From: Planctomycetota bacterium
Lineage (GTDB): Bacteria > Planctomycetota > UBA1135 > UBA2386
NCBI GenBank assembly: GCA_965228735.1
Contig: OZ245838.1
Span: forward strand, 1,184,001-1,248,000
Length of the DNA stretch: 64,000 bases
Direction: 5' to 3'
The notes beneath the pieces were generated by a model. It was not told where the DNA came from. It saw nothing but the letters and a program-made list of their open reading frames with translations, and ran no database searches. Position numbers and translations under genes: made by a program. Shown here piece by piece: positions 36,757 through 46,790 of the stretch (position 1 is the first letter of the stretch; each line of letters starts with the position of its first letter).

Positions 36757-38178
36757 ATGTTCGTACTGGCCACTCTGACCGCCACCTCCCTCACCTTCCT
36801 GGCGCCGACGCCGGCGCCGCTGCCGCAGGACCCGCAGGGCGAAGAGCAGACGATCCTGGACAAGTCGTCGCTCAACAGCCTGAACAAGAAGCTGCGCGAC
36901 TACCTGACGGCGCAGGCGGTCTACAACCAGGCCGAGGAAGCGCGGGATCGCGAGAAGGCCGCGAAGAAGCGCGAGGACGCGAAGGACAAGTTCCGCAAGG
37001 ATTGGGACAACAAGTCGAAGAAGGGCAACCTGCTCGCCTCGATGCCCGACCTGCGCGCGATCTACACCAACTGCTTCGCGCTCGATCGCCCGAAGAAGTC
37101 CGGTGGCACGACCCACAAGATGGAGGTCGAGTTCAGCGAGACGACGAAGTTCGAATACGCGATCCGGATCCCGCGCAAGTACAAGCCGTCCGATCCTACT
37201 CGCACCGTGATCCTGCTCCCGGGGCTCAAGGATCCGAAGGCGACGAGCTCGTGGATCGAGCCGCGCGCCTACCTCGACCAGGCGTTCCCGAAGAAGTCGG
37301 CAGCGCTCGAGAACACGATCTTCCACGTGCCGCTGCTGCCCGAGGGTCTCGACATGGACCCGGCACCGGACTTCAGCCGTGACGGCCAGGAGGCGCGCGA
37401 GGACCAGCGCATCGGTTCGATCTTCGGCTCGTTCGGCCAGACGATGGCGACGCTCAACGTCGACCGGCCGCGCGTCTTCCTCGACTGCGGCCGCGGCAAT
37501 TCGGCGTTCGGGCTGCGCTTCGTCTCGATGTTCCCCGATCGCTTCGCGGGCATCATCCTGCGTGACCCCACGGCCATCGAGGACATCCGCCTCGGCAGCC
37601 TCTCCGGCCTCCAGGTCGCGATGATCAAGACGGCCGACAACGGTGCCGTGGTCGACGCGCTCAAGGGCAAGCTCGAGGAGATCACGCCGGACTGCGTCAC
37701 GGTGATCGAGGCCAAGGGCGACTACCCGTTCGGGGGCAACGCCGACGAACTCGACGCCTGGATGAGCAAGCACCGCCGCAACATGACGCCGAAGAAGGTG
37801 ATCATCGAGCCGAACCACGACCGCTTCAACCGCGCCTACTGGGCGCGCATCGAGCGGATGAACCCGGTGCACGGTGTCGCCGCGTCCGATCGCCCGCGCT
37901 TCGAGGTCACCGCCGACAAGGAGAGCAACCGCATCGAGGTCAAGACGCAGGGCGTCGAGAGCTTCTCGTTGCTGCTCAACGACGATCTCGTCAACCTCGA
38001 CAAGGAGTTCACCGTCGTGATCAACGGCAATGCGACGACGGAAGAACAGCGGCGTGACCGCCGCGGGATGCAGCGCCGCATGCTCAACCGCCGCGACTGG
38101 GACTTCCTCTTCCCGGTGCAGTACGCGGCCACGGTGCCGAAGGAAGAGAAGAGCGGCACGGACAGCGGGTCCAAGTGA
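36757..38178 (+). CDS. Exported alpha/beta-hydrolase-fold-like protein lacking the nucleophile motif
   Basis: YAIRIP..Y.P...ILLPG and NVD..RVFL....FPDRFAGII match esterase/depolymerase framework; no GxSxG. Confidence 0.65.
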   Translation: MFVLATLTATSLTFLAPTPAPLPQDPQGEEQTILDKSSLNSLNKKLRDYLTAQAVYNQAEEARDREKAAKKREDAKDKFRKDWDNKSKKGNLLASMPDLRAIYTNCFALDRPKKSGGTTHKMEVEFSETTKFEYAIRIPRKYKPSDPTRTVILLPGLKDPKATSSWIEPRAYLDQAFPKKSAALENTIFHVPLLPEGLDMDPAPDFSRDGQEAREDQRIGSIFGSFGQTMATLNVDRPRVFLDCGRGNSAFGLRFVSMFPDRFAGIILRDPTAIEDIRLGSLSGLQVAMIKTADNGAVVDALKGKLEEITPDCVTVIEAKGDYPFGGNADELDAWMSKHRRNMTPKKVIIEPNHDRFNRAYWARIERMNPVHGVAASDRPRFEVTADKESNRIEVKTQGVESFSLLLNDDLVNLDKEFTVVINGNATTEEQRRDRRGMQRRMLNRRDWDFLFPVQYAATVPKEEKSGTDSGSK

Positions 38179-40235
38179 CCGCAGCAGCTGCCGGTTCTGA
38201 CGGGAACCGGCCGGAAGGCGGGCCGCCCGACGACGGGATCCGCCTCGGACGCGGCGCCTTGGTAGCCGGCCTCGCGGGCTTCTCGCTCATGGCGGCGGAG
38301 CTGACCGCGGTTCGTCTGCAGGCGCCGTGGTTCGGCGACAGCGCCTACGTCTGGACGAACGTCATCGGCGTGATCCTCGCCGCGCTCGCCGGCGGCGCGG
38401 CGCTCGGCGGCATTCTGGCCGGTCGTGACGCGCCCGCGCGCACGCTGTATCGCGCCCTGCTCGGAGCCGGCGCACTGCTCGCGATTCTGCCGTTCCTCGC
38501 GCGACCGCTCGGCCAGTGGCTGCTGCCCGGCGATCTGCCGCTCGATGCGGCAATGGGGGGGATCGTCCGCGGGTCCCTCGTCGCGACCGCGCTGCTCTTC
38601 GGCCCGCCCATGGTGCTGATCGGCATGCTCGGGCCCTTGCTCGTCACCGCGCTGACCGTCAGCGGTGTCCCGGTCGGGCGGGCGGCCGGAACGACGTCGG
38701 GTGCCGGCACGCTCGGCAGCCTCGTGGGCACGTTCGCTGCGACGCACTGGCTCGTGCCGACGTTCGGCTCGCGAGCCACGATGACCGTGACCGGGGTGCT
38801 GCTCGGGCTCGCCGCCCTGGTCCTCGTGCTCGGCAAGGCCCGGCGCGCGCAGGCGATCGCCGCGAGCGGACTGCTGCTCGGGCTCCTGCTCGTCTCGCTG
38901 CACGGCGGGCCACTGCGCGCCGCTCCGGCGGGCCGAGAGCTGCTCGCGGAGCGCGAGACCTCGTACCAGCTGCTGCAGGTGGTGCGCGAACGACCCACCG
39001 ACGCGCCCGCCCGTACGTTGCTCCTCATCAACGAAGGCCTCGACTCGTTCCATTCGATCGACGTCGCGGACTCGGCGTTCACGGGCGCCTACTACGACTG
39101 GCATGCCGCGGCGCCGTTCTTCCGCGACGGCGCGGCGCTCGCCGACCTGCGGGTGCTGTCGATCGGGGACGCCGCCGGCTCGCTCCGCGAGGTCTACGCC
39201 CACGTGCATCCGAACGCGACCGTGGATGGCGTCGACATCGATCCGGTGACGATGGCGCTCGGCGACGAGTTCTTCGCGGCGACGCGGGCCCCCGGCCGGA
39301 GCTTCGCGATCGACGGCCGCGTGTTCGTCAACCTGGCGACGGATGCCGCGTGGGACGTGATCCACGTCGACGCCTACGCGAACCAGATCTACGTGCCCGC
39401 GCACCTCGCGAGCCGCGAATTCTTCGAGCAGGTGCACGCGCGGCTCGCGCCCGGCGGCGTGATCGCGCTCAACGTCGGCGCCCTGCGTTCGGACGATCCC
39501 GTGCTGCGCTCGGTCGGGACGACGCTCGCCGCCGTCTTCGGCCACGCTCGCGCTCTGCGCGTGCCCGCGAGTCGCAACTTCCTCGTGGTCGCGCGCCGCG
39601 ATCGGGCGTGGGACGTGCCGGCCATGACTGCGACCGGCACGAAGCTCACGGGCGACGATCTCGCGCAGTGGCAGTCGATCGTCAGCGCCGTGAGCAATGC
39701 CGCTGCGTGGCGCGATGTCAGCAGCGGCGGCATCGAACTCGTCGACGATCGGCCGGTCCTCGATGAGCTGATGATGCAGAGCTACGTCGCCACCGACGCG
39801 AGCGCCGCGATCGTACCGTGCGACGGCACCCGCGAACCGCACCAGGCCGAGCTGGACGTGCAGGCCGCCTATCAGGTGCGCGACTGGGTCGGGGTGATCG
39901 CTGCCGTGCGGTCCAGCAAGGCGCCGACGAGTTACCTGCGCTGGCTCGCGGGGAATGCACGGTGGTCGATGCGCGAGCTCGGCGCGGCAGCAGCCGAGTA
40001 CCGGGCCGCGATCGCCCTGACCGAGGACCCGGCCCAGTGCGAGAGCCTCGAACTGCAACTGGCAACGCTCGCGGATGAACGGGCCCCCAACGAGGGCGCC
40101 GCCGCGATCGCCGCCCGCAACGGCTGGCTCGCGGCCGCCGTGGTCCTGCTCGCGTTGGTCGGGGTCGCGATGCTCTACAGGATGTCGAGGATGCCGGCCC
40201 TGCCGTCGGTCAGCGTGCTCGTCGACGCCCGGTAG
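38175..40235 (+). CDS. Fused membrane domain/spermidine-synthase-like SAM-dependent methyltransferase
   Basis: TM block (GFSLMAAEL..RL.APWFGDS.YVW..VIG), ERETSYQ, VL.IG...G, GVDIDP, DGR.F, WDVI.VDAY, P.HL.SREFF; extra C-terminal TPR-like segment and TM. Confidence 0.85.
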   Translation: MTAAAAGSDGNRPEGGPPDDGIRLGRGALVAGLAGFSLMAAELTAVRLQAPWFGDSAYVWTNVIGVILAALAGGAALGGILAGRDAPARTLYRALLGAGALLAILPFLARPLGQWLLPGDLPLDAAMGGIVRGSLVATALLFGPPMVLIGMLGPLLVTALTVSGVPVGRAAGTTSGAGTLGSLVGTFAATHWLVPTFGSRATMTVTGVLLGLAALVLVLGKARRAQAIAASGLLLGLLLVSLHGGPLRAAPAGRELLAERETSYQLLQVVRERPTDAPARTLLLINEGLDSFHSIDVADSAFTGAYYDWHAAAPFFRDGAALADLRVLSIGDAAGSLREVYAHVHPNATVDGVDIDPVTMALGDEFFAATRAPGRSFAIDGRVFVNLATDAAWDVIHVDAYANQIYVPAHLASREFFEQVHARLAPGGVIALNVGALRSDDPVLRSVGTTLAAVFGHARALRVPASRNFLVVARRDRAWDVPAMTATGTKLTGDDLAQWQSIVSAVSNAAAWRDVSSGGIELVDDRPVLDELMMQSYVATDASAAIVPCDGTREPHQAELDVQAAYQVRDWVGVIAAVRSSKAPTSYLRWLAGNARWSMRELGAAAAEYRAAIALTEDPAQCESLELQLATLADERAPNEGAAAIAARNGWLAAAVVLLALVGVAMLYRMSRMPALPSVSVLVDAR

Positions 40236-42226
40236 TTGCACTCCGTGGCATACGCGGTGTTCCACGGCAGCACCCGCGGGTCGCAGACGCTGCCGAGGCC
40301 GACGATCGCGAAAGCCCGGGCGAGCGGCGTGACATCATCCCGCTCCAACAGCTCGAGCAGCGACGCGATCGACCGCCGATCACCGATCTGGCCGAGCGCA
40401 CTCGCCGCGGCCGCGAGCTGCGCGAGCGGCGGGTTCTCGGCGGTCAGCTCGGCACACAGCAGGTCGACGACCCGGGGGTCGCCGAGCAGGCCGAGCGCCT
40501 GCGCGCAATGGAACACGGTCGCCGCCCGCCGGCGCGATGACTTCAGGACGTCGCGGACGACCGGCGTCGCGAGATCGTCGCGCAACATGCCGAGAGCGAC
40601 CGCGAGATAGCCGGCGAGCCCGCGCTGGTGCTTGCGCTCTTCGAGCTCCCGGCGGATCGGATCCGCCGCGAAGTCGTCGCCGACCAGGGCGAGCGCCATC
40701 GCGAGCGCGGCCTTCGCGCTCGGGTTGCGAGCCGCGGCGAACGCCGAGCGGAGCCGTTCCGCGATCTCGGCATCGACCTGGTAGTTCGCGCCCTGCCGCA
40801 AGCGCTCGGGCGTGACGAGCGCGCCGAGAGCCAGGCCGACCCAGGGCAGCTCGAGGGCCTTGCCGGCGCGGTCGAGCTCGCGCAACAGAACGTCGCGCGC
40901 GACGGGGCCACCGATGCGCGCGATCGCGACGAGCGCGAACCGTCGGGTCTGCTCGTCCTTGTGATCGCGATAGACCTGCAGCAACAGTCGGCCGACCGGG
41001 TCGCTGTCGCCATCCTCGCCCCACGGCGGCGTCAGGCCGCCGAGGGCGAGGGCACAGGACTGCGCGATGTGCACGTTCGTCTTGCGCGCGCGCGACGAGC
41101 CGGCCAAGGAAGCACCGAGATCGGCCGCGAACCGGGCCCGGAAGCGCGCCGCCTCGCGGTCACCCGGTGCGACGAGGCGCGCGATGGCAGGCGGCACGTG
41201 CGCCTGCACGAGCTCCTGTCCGGGTCCGAGGTCGCGCCCGTAGTAGTCCGTGAGGGTGGTGAGGACTCGCTGCCGCAACTTCGCGTGCGCATGCGTTCGC
41301 GGCCCACGCGGCAGCAGCCCGAGCGCTTCGATCGCGGCGACCGGCAGGTCGAACCCCGCGTCCTCGCCGTGCAGCGCACGGACGAGCTCGTCGACGATTT
41401 CCGCCGCGTAGCCGGCGTTCGCGCTCTGCTGCAGCAGCAGCCCGAGACCGAAAACGGCGAACGAACGGGTCCGCAGGTTCACCGCGCGCTCGCCCGACAG
41501 TTCGCGGCCAGGAGCCGTGTCGTGCGCGAGCGCGCTCAGCGCCCCGAGCGTCGGGTCGTCGAGCTGGCCGGCGATGCCGAGAGCCAACGCGGCGGTCTCG
41601 CGGACCTCCTGCGTATGGGAGGCGAGGAACGGCAACACGACCTCGCGCAGTCGCCAGCCCTTGCCGTCGATCCCGATCTTCGCGAGCGCGATGAGCCCGG
41701 CCGAGGCCACGTCGCGGTTGTCGTCGTGACGCAGCGTCCGGACGATGCGATCCGCGACCCCGGCGCGGTCGGCCAGCGTCGGCAACTCGACGCGCTGCAT
41801 CCGAGCGGCGAGCCGCGGGTTGAGCAGCGCGTCCTCGGCCGCGATCGCCCGTCCGCCCCGCACGCTCTCGCGCAGCTGCAGGAACGGGTCCTTCCCGAAC
41901 TCCCACCAGAACTCCCACGCCGTCAGATCCGACGTCAGTTGGATGCCGCGACCCGCGGCCCCGGGGCCGATTCCGGCAGCAGCCCCCGACGTCGCGGTCG
42001 CGGCGGTCCCCCGCGATGCCTGCCCGGCCGCTGACGGTGTCGTCGAGCCGGGCCCGGAGCTGCCCGCGCCGCCGCCGAAACCGCCGCCGCCCGGGGCGTT
42101 GCCCGCGGCCGGCGGCACGACGCACCCGGGACCGCGATACTGGCCGCCGTGAGCGAACGCATTGGCGACCGGCCCGCAGCACGCCAGGGCACAGAGAACG
42201 AAGCTCGAGAACGTCAGTTGGGTCAT
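40175..42226 (-). CDS. Exported HEAT-repeat protein, paralog 3
   Basis: Signal peptide, HGGQYRGPG, G/P linker, WEFWWEFGKDP, HEAT repeats, C-terminal NYRA..LT..GILDIL. Confidence 0.85.
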   Translation of the reverse strand: MTQLTFSSFVLCALACCGPVANAFAHGGQYRGPGCVVPPAAGNAPGGGGFGGGAGSSGPGSTTPSAAGQASRGTAATATSGAAAGIGPGAAGRGIQLTSDLTAWEFWWEFGKDPFLQLRESVRGGRAIAAEDALLNPRLAARMQRVELPTLADRAGVADRIVRTLRHDDNRDVASAGLIALAKIGIDGKGWRLREVVLPFLASHTQEVRETAALALGIAGQLDDPTLGALSALAHDTAPGRELSGERAVNLRTRSFAVFGLGLLLQQSANAGYAAEIVDELVRALHGEDAGFDLPVAAIEALGLLPRGPRTHAHAKLRQRVLTTLTDYYGRDLGPGQELVQAHVPPAIARLVAPGDREAARFRARFAADLGASLAGSSRARKTNVHIAQSCALALGGLTPPWGEDGDSDPVGRLLLQVYRDHKDEQTRRFALVAIARIGGPVARDVLLRELDRAGKALELPWVGLALGALVTPERLRQGANYQVDAEIAERLRSAFAAARNPSAKAALAMALALVGDDFAADPIRRELEERKHQRGLAGYLAVALGMLRDDLATPVVRDVLKSSRRRAATVFHCAQALGLLGDPRVVDLLCAELTAENPPLAQLAAAASALGQIGDRRSIASLLELLERDDVTPLARAFAIVGLGSVCDPRVLPWNTAYATECNYRASTSTLTDGRAGILDIL

Positions 42227-42269
42227 GCGGGTCAGGTCTGGCAGTAGGCGGGAGAGCGGCTTCCGTGGG

Positions 42270-44333
42270 TCAGAGGATGTCGAGGATGCCGGTGACCCCG
42301 TCGGTCAGGGTCGCGGTGTTCGCGCGGTAGTTCGTGTTCACCGCGATCTTGCTGCCCCAGGGCAACAGCTCCTTGTCGCCGACGCCGCCGAGCGCGACCG
42401 CCGCGAAGGCGCGGGACAGCTGGTTGATGTCGCGGTCGCCGAGGAGCCGAACGAGCGGCTCGATCGAGCCGCGATCGCCGATGAAGCCGAGCGCCGAGCT
42501 CAGCGACGACAGCCGCGCCAGGTTGCTGTCGCTGTCCTCGAGCATCGCGACGAGATCGCGCGCGGCGCGCTTGTCGCCGATCTTGCCGAGCGCCACGGCG
42601 GCCTGGTTGAGCAGCAGGGGGCGCCGCGTCGACGAGTGGATGATGTCACGCAGCGCCTCGCGGCTCGCGAGATCGTTCATGAGCGACAGGCCGATCGCGA
42701 GGTAGCCGCCCATCTCTTCCTTCTGCTGCGTGCTCAGCATGAGCTCTCGCATCGTGTCCGCCGCGTCGACGTAGCGGGCGAGGCCGAGCGCGATCGCGAT
42801 CGCGCCCTTCACGCTCGGGTTCTTCGTCGAACGGAACTCGTCGAACAGGATCGCGCCGAGGCCCGCATCCGCATCGATGGTGTTCTTCGCCTGCTTCTGC
42901 TGCTCGTAGTCGGCGTGCGCGAGCACGCCGAGCGCGAGCGCGCACCATGGCTTCTCGATCCCGTTGGCGTTCGCGAGCAGCCGCAGCACCTGCTTGCGGT
43001 TGGCCTTGCCGCCGATCTGACCGAGCGCCAGGACCGCGAAGTTCCGCGTCTGGGCGTCCCGGTCCTTCTGGTAGGTCGTCACGAGCTGGGCCGCGAGATC
43101 CGTATCGGACACCTGGCCGAGCTGGCCGAGCGCGAGCGCGCACGACCGGCGCAGATCGTGCGACCGGCGCTTCTGCTGGCCGAGCCGGCCGGCGAGCCCC
43201 TCGCGGAAGAGCGCGCGGAAGTCGTCGGCGCGCGGGTGGTCGCGCCCGAGGAGCTTCGCGATCGCGGTGGGGCAGTGCGCCTGCACGAGCTGGTCGCCGA
43301 CGCCGATGTCGCGGCGGTAGTAGTCCGCGAGCAGATCGACGGTCTCGTCGAGCAGCTTGCTCTCTTCGGGGCGGCTCGGGTTGAGCCGCAGCAGGCTCAA
43401 GCCGTGGATCGCCGCGACGCGCAGGTTGCGCCCGCTGCGCTCGACGGCGCGACCGAGGATCGGCGACAACGTGTCGAACGCCTGGCGCTTCAGCGCGACG
43501 TCACCCGTGCTGTGCGCCGCGAGGCCGATCGCGTAGGCCGCGAACGCCCGCGTCCGCTCGTTCACGCTCGAACCACCGCTGGCCTTGCGGCCGGCGCTGT
43601 TGTCCGCGACGAGGTCGCGCAGCAGCTCGAGCTGGCGCGGCATCGCGGTCGTCTCGCCGGCGATGCCGAGCGCGAGCGCGGCCGACTCCCGCGTCTCCTG
43701 GTTGTTCGCCGCGAGCCGTTCGGCGAAGACGTCGACGAGCGCGAAGTCACGGTGGTCCTCGCCGACCTTCGCGAGCGCCACGAGGCACGAGCTCACGACG
43801 TCGTTGTCCTGCGGCCCCGCGTCGTCGAGCGCGCGCTTGAGCGCTGGCACGACCCGGTTCATGAGGTCGTGCTCCGTCGGCCGCAACGTGTCGTCGGAGA
43901 ACTTGCGGGAACGGACGCCGAGCCAGTGATCATCACTGCCGGTGCGGACCTCGGGGCTGTGCACCTTGGCCTTGAGCATCAGGTACGGGTCCTTGTTGAG
44001 TTCCCACCAGTAGACCCAGCGGGTCAGGTCGTCGGACAGCCCGCCGCCGCCGCCGCCACGCGTCGTCGCGCCGCCAGGGCCGGGCACTCCGGGCGCGCCG
44101 CCGCCACCGGTCGCGCCGGGCCGGCTGCCGCTGCCCGTGGGGCCGGGCTGCGTCGGGCCACTGGGGCCGCCGGTCGTCGGGCCACCGGGGCCGCCCGAGC
44201 GGCCGCCGCGACCGCCGCCACTCGGGTCGACGACGTCACCGGGTCCGCGGTAGCGGCCACCGTGCGCATCCACGGTCTCGCTGAGGAGCATGCCCGCGCA
44301 GAGCGCGACACTGCAGGAAAGTAGGAGCTTCAT
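42270..44333 (-). CDS. Exported HEAT-repeat protein, paralog 2
   Basis: MKLLL signal peptide, HGGRYRGPGDVV, WVYWWELNKDP, HEAT repeats, C-terminal GILDIL. Confidence 0.88.
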   Translation of the reverse strand: MKLLLSCSVALCAGMLLSETVDAHGGRYRGPGDVVDPSGGGRGGRSGGPGGPTTGGPSGPTQPGPTGSGSRPGATGGGGAPGVPGPGGATTRGGGGGGLSDDLTRWVYWWELNKDPYLMLKAKVHSPEVRTGSDDHWLGVRSRKFSDDTLRPTEHDLMNRVVPALKRALDDAGPQDNDVVSSCLVALAKVGEDHRDFALVDVFAERLAANNQETRESAALALGIAGETTAMPRQLELLRDLVADNSAGRKASGGSSVNERTRAFAAYAIGLAAHSTGDVALKRQAFDTLSPILGRAVERSGRNLRVAAIHGLSLLRLNPSRPEESKLLDETVDLLADYYRRDIGVGDQLVQAHCPTAIAKLLGRDHPRADDFRALFREGLAGRLGQQKRRSHDLRRSCALALGQLGQVSDTDLAAQLVTTYQKDRDAQTRNFAVLALGQIGGKANRKQVLRLLANANGIEKPWCALALGVLAHADYEQQKQAKNTIDADAGLGAILFDEFRSTKNPSVKGAIAIALGLARYVDAADTMRELMLSTQQKEEMGGYLAIGLSLMNDLASREALRDIIHSSTRRPLLLNQAAVALGKIGDKRAARDLVAMLEDSDSNLARLSSLSSALGFIGDRGSIEPLVRLLGDRDINQLSRAFAAVALGGVGDKELLPWGSKIAVNTNYRANTATLTDGVTGILDIL

Positions 44334-44574
44334 GTTCGAACCTTTGTTCTTGCCGGCCAACCGGTGGCCGTTCCGACGCGAGTTCGGCGACGTGGAACGA
44401 CAGAGCAAGAGCCGGGCCAAAGGCCGAATGACCCCGCTGCGTGACAGCTGGCGGGGATTCGTTACGCAGCGTGCCCAATAGCGCGGAGGCGCGGGTCCCA
44501 GCGAGGACCGGGGCGATCGCACGCGCCGGCGCCCACGCTCGCTCCGACGCGGGCTCAACTGCCGGGCGGTACGC

Positions 44575-44613
44575 GAAAGAGCCCGCGCGGTCGATGACCG
44601 CGCGGGCTCTTTC
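44575..44613. terminator. Perfect 18-bp-stem hairpin, probable intrinsic terminator after paralog 1
   Basis: gaaagagcccgcgcggtc-gat-gaccgcgcgggctctttc. Confidence 0.75.
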
Positions 44614-44661
44614 CGCGTCACGCGCTGCGAGCGGCAGACCGCTCGCGAGCGCTGAAGCGCA

Positions 44662-46746
44662 CTACAGGATGTCGAGGATACCCGACGTCTGGTTCGTCAG
44701 CGTTTCGACCGCGGCGCGATAGTTGGTGTTGACCGCGATCTTGCTGTTCCACGGCAGCAGCTCCTTGTCGGCGACGCCACCGAGGGCGACGGCCGCGAAC
44801 GCGCGCGACAGCTGGCTGATCGACGTGTCGTCGAGCATCTGCTTCAGCGGCGTGACCGAACGCTGGTCACCGATGAAGCCGAGCGCGGACGCGATGGCCG
44901 ACAGCTTCGCGAGGTTGGTCCCGCCTTCGTCGACCATGAGGCGGCGGAGCTGATCCGCGACCTTCTTGTCGCCGAGCTTGCCGAGCGCGATCGCCGCCTG
45001 CTGCAGCAGCTCCGGACGACGCGTGGCTTCGTCGACGACGCGGCTGATGTCGAGGATCGACGTCGTGTCGTTCATCAGCGCCAGGCCGATGCAGAGGTAG
45101 CCGGCCATGGCTTCCTGCTGCACGTTCTGGAGCATCTTGCTCCGCATCGCGTCGGCGGCTTCCGTGTACTTGTTGAGCCCCAGGGCGACGGCGAGCGAGC
45201 CGATCAGGTTGGGGTTCTTCTCCTTGCGGAACGCGTCGTAGAGCGTCTCGCCGATCAGCTCTTCCGGCACGGCCGAGCCGCCGCTCTTCTGCTCTTCGTA
45301 CTTGAAGAACGAGTAGACGCCGAGCGCGAGCGCGCACCACGGCTTCTCGAGCGTCTTGGCCTTGTCGAACTCCTTCAGGATCGCCGAACGGTTGAGCTCG
45401 CCACCGATCTGACCGAGGGCCAGGATCGAGAAGAACTTCGTCTGCTGGTCCTTGCTGTCGTGCCAGCTGTCGAGCAGCAGCTTGTTGTACTCGTGGTCCG
45501 GGTTGTCCTTCTTGTCCTTGCTGTTGTTCGGACGGACGAGCTGGCCGAGCGCGAGCGCGGCCGAGCGCTGGATGTCACGGCTCTGGGCGCGATCCTTGTT
45601 CTTGCGCTCGAGGTCCTTCGCGAACATCGCCTTGAAGTGGTCGGCGCGCGGGTGGTTGCGGCCGATCAGCTTCGCGATCGCGGTCGCGCAGTGCGCCTGG
45701 ATCAGCTGGTCACCGGCGCCCATCTTGGTCGTGTAGTACTCCTCGAGCACGGCCACGGCCTCGTCGAGCAGCTTGGTCTCCTCGGGGCGGTCGGTGCCGA
45801 GCTTGAGCAGGCTGATGCCGTGGATCGCCGCCACGCGCAGGTTACGGTCGCTCTTCGGCGCCTTCGGATCGAGGATCGGCTTGAGCGCCTCGAACGCCTG
45901 CCGCTTGAGGTCGAGGTCCGCGGTCAGGTACGACGCGAGGCCGAGGCCGTAGGCCGCGAACGAACGCGTGCGCTCGTTGACCTGCGAGGCTTCGCTGGCC
46001 TTCTTGCCCGCGTCGCTGTTCGCGACGAGGTCGGCGAGCAGCTGGAACTGCTCCTTGGCCATGCCCGTCGGGCCCGCGATGCCGAGCGCCAGCGCGGCCG
46101 TTTCACGGATCTCCTGGTTGTTGGCCGTCAGGCGCGTGCGGAAGACGTCGTAGAGCTTGAAGTCCTGGTGGTCCTTGCCGACCTTGGCCATCGCCACGAG
46201 GCACGAGCTGATGATGTCGAAGTCGCGCTCCAGCGTGTCGTCCAGCGAGCGCTTCAGCACGGGCAGGATCTCGCCCATGATCTGCTCCTGCGTCGGACGC
46301 AGCGAGTCCTTGGCGTCGCTCTTGCGGCCCGCGCCGAGGTAGAAGTCGTCACTACCGGTCTTCGGACCGGAGCTGATGACCGCTTCGCGCAGGCGGATGA
46401 ACGGGTCCTTGTTGAACTCCCACCAGAACTCCCAGCGCGTGAGGTCGTCGCTGATCTGCATACCGCGCTGACCGGTCGAGGCCGCGCCGCCGCCGCCCGG
46501 ACCCGAAGGACCGCCGGTCGCCGGGCCGGACGCACCGGGCGTCGTGGGGCCGGACGGGCCAGGAGCGCTGGGACCGCTCGGGCCACCGGTCGTGGGGCCA
46601 CCAGGGCCACCCGTGCCGCGGCCACCGCCCGGCGAGGGCGGGACGACGTCACCAGGGCCGCGATACTGGCCACCGTGGGCGTTCACCGTGTCGGGCAGGG
46701 CGCACAGCCCAGCCAGGCAGAGTCCGCTAAGGACGAGCTTCTTCAT
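44662..46746 (-). CDS. Exported HEAT-repeat protein, paralog 1
   Basis: SD GGAG, MKKLV signal peptide, HGGQYRGPGDVVP, WEFWWEFNKDP, HEAT repeats, C-terminal GILDIL. Confidence 0.9.
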   Translation of the reverse strand: MKKLVLSGLCLAGLCALPDTVNAHGGQYRGPGDVVPPSPGGGRGTGGPGGPTTGGPSGPSAPGPSGPTTPGASGPATGGPSGPGGGGAASTGQRGMQISDDLTRWEFWWEFNKDPFIRLREAVISSGPKTGSDDFYLGAGRKSDAKDSLRPTQEQIMGEILPVLKRSLDDTLERDFDIISSCLVAMAKVGKDHQDFKLYDVFRTRLTANNQEIRETAALALGIAGPTGMAKEQFQLLADLVANSDAGKKASEASQVNERTRSFAAYGLGLASYLTADLDLKRQAFEALKPILDPKAPKSDRNLRVAAIHGISLLKLGTDRPEETKLLDEAVAVLEEYYTTKMGAGDQLIQAHCATAIAKLIGRNHPRADHFKAMFAKDLERKNKDRAQSRDIQRSAALALGQLVRPNNSKDKKDNPDHEYNKLLLDSWHDSKDQQTKFFSILALGQIGGELNRSAILKEFDKAKTLEKPWCALALGVYSFFKYEEQKSGGSAVPEELIGETLYDAFRKEKNPNLIGSLAVALGLNKYTEAADAMRSKMLQNVQQEAMAGYLCIGLALMNDTTSILDISRVVDEATRRPELLQQAAIALGKLGDKKVADQLRRLMVDEGGTNLAKLSAIASALGFIGDQRSVTPLKQMLDDTSISQLSRAFAAVALGGVADKELLPWNSKIAVNTNYRAAVETLTNQTSGILDIL

Positions 46747-46790
46747 TGTCGTGTGTTCTCCGCCGTCGCCGCGGTGGGCGACGGCCAGTT

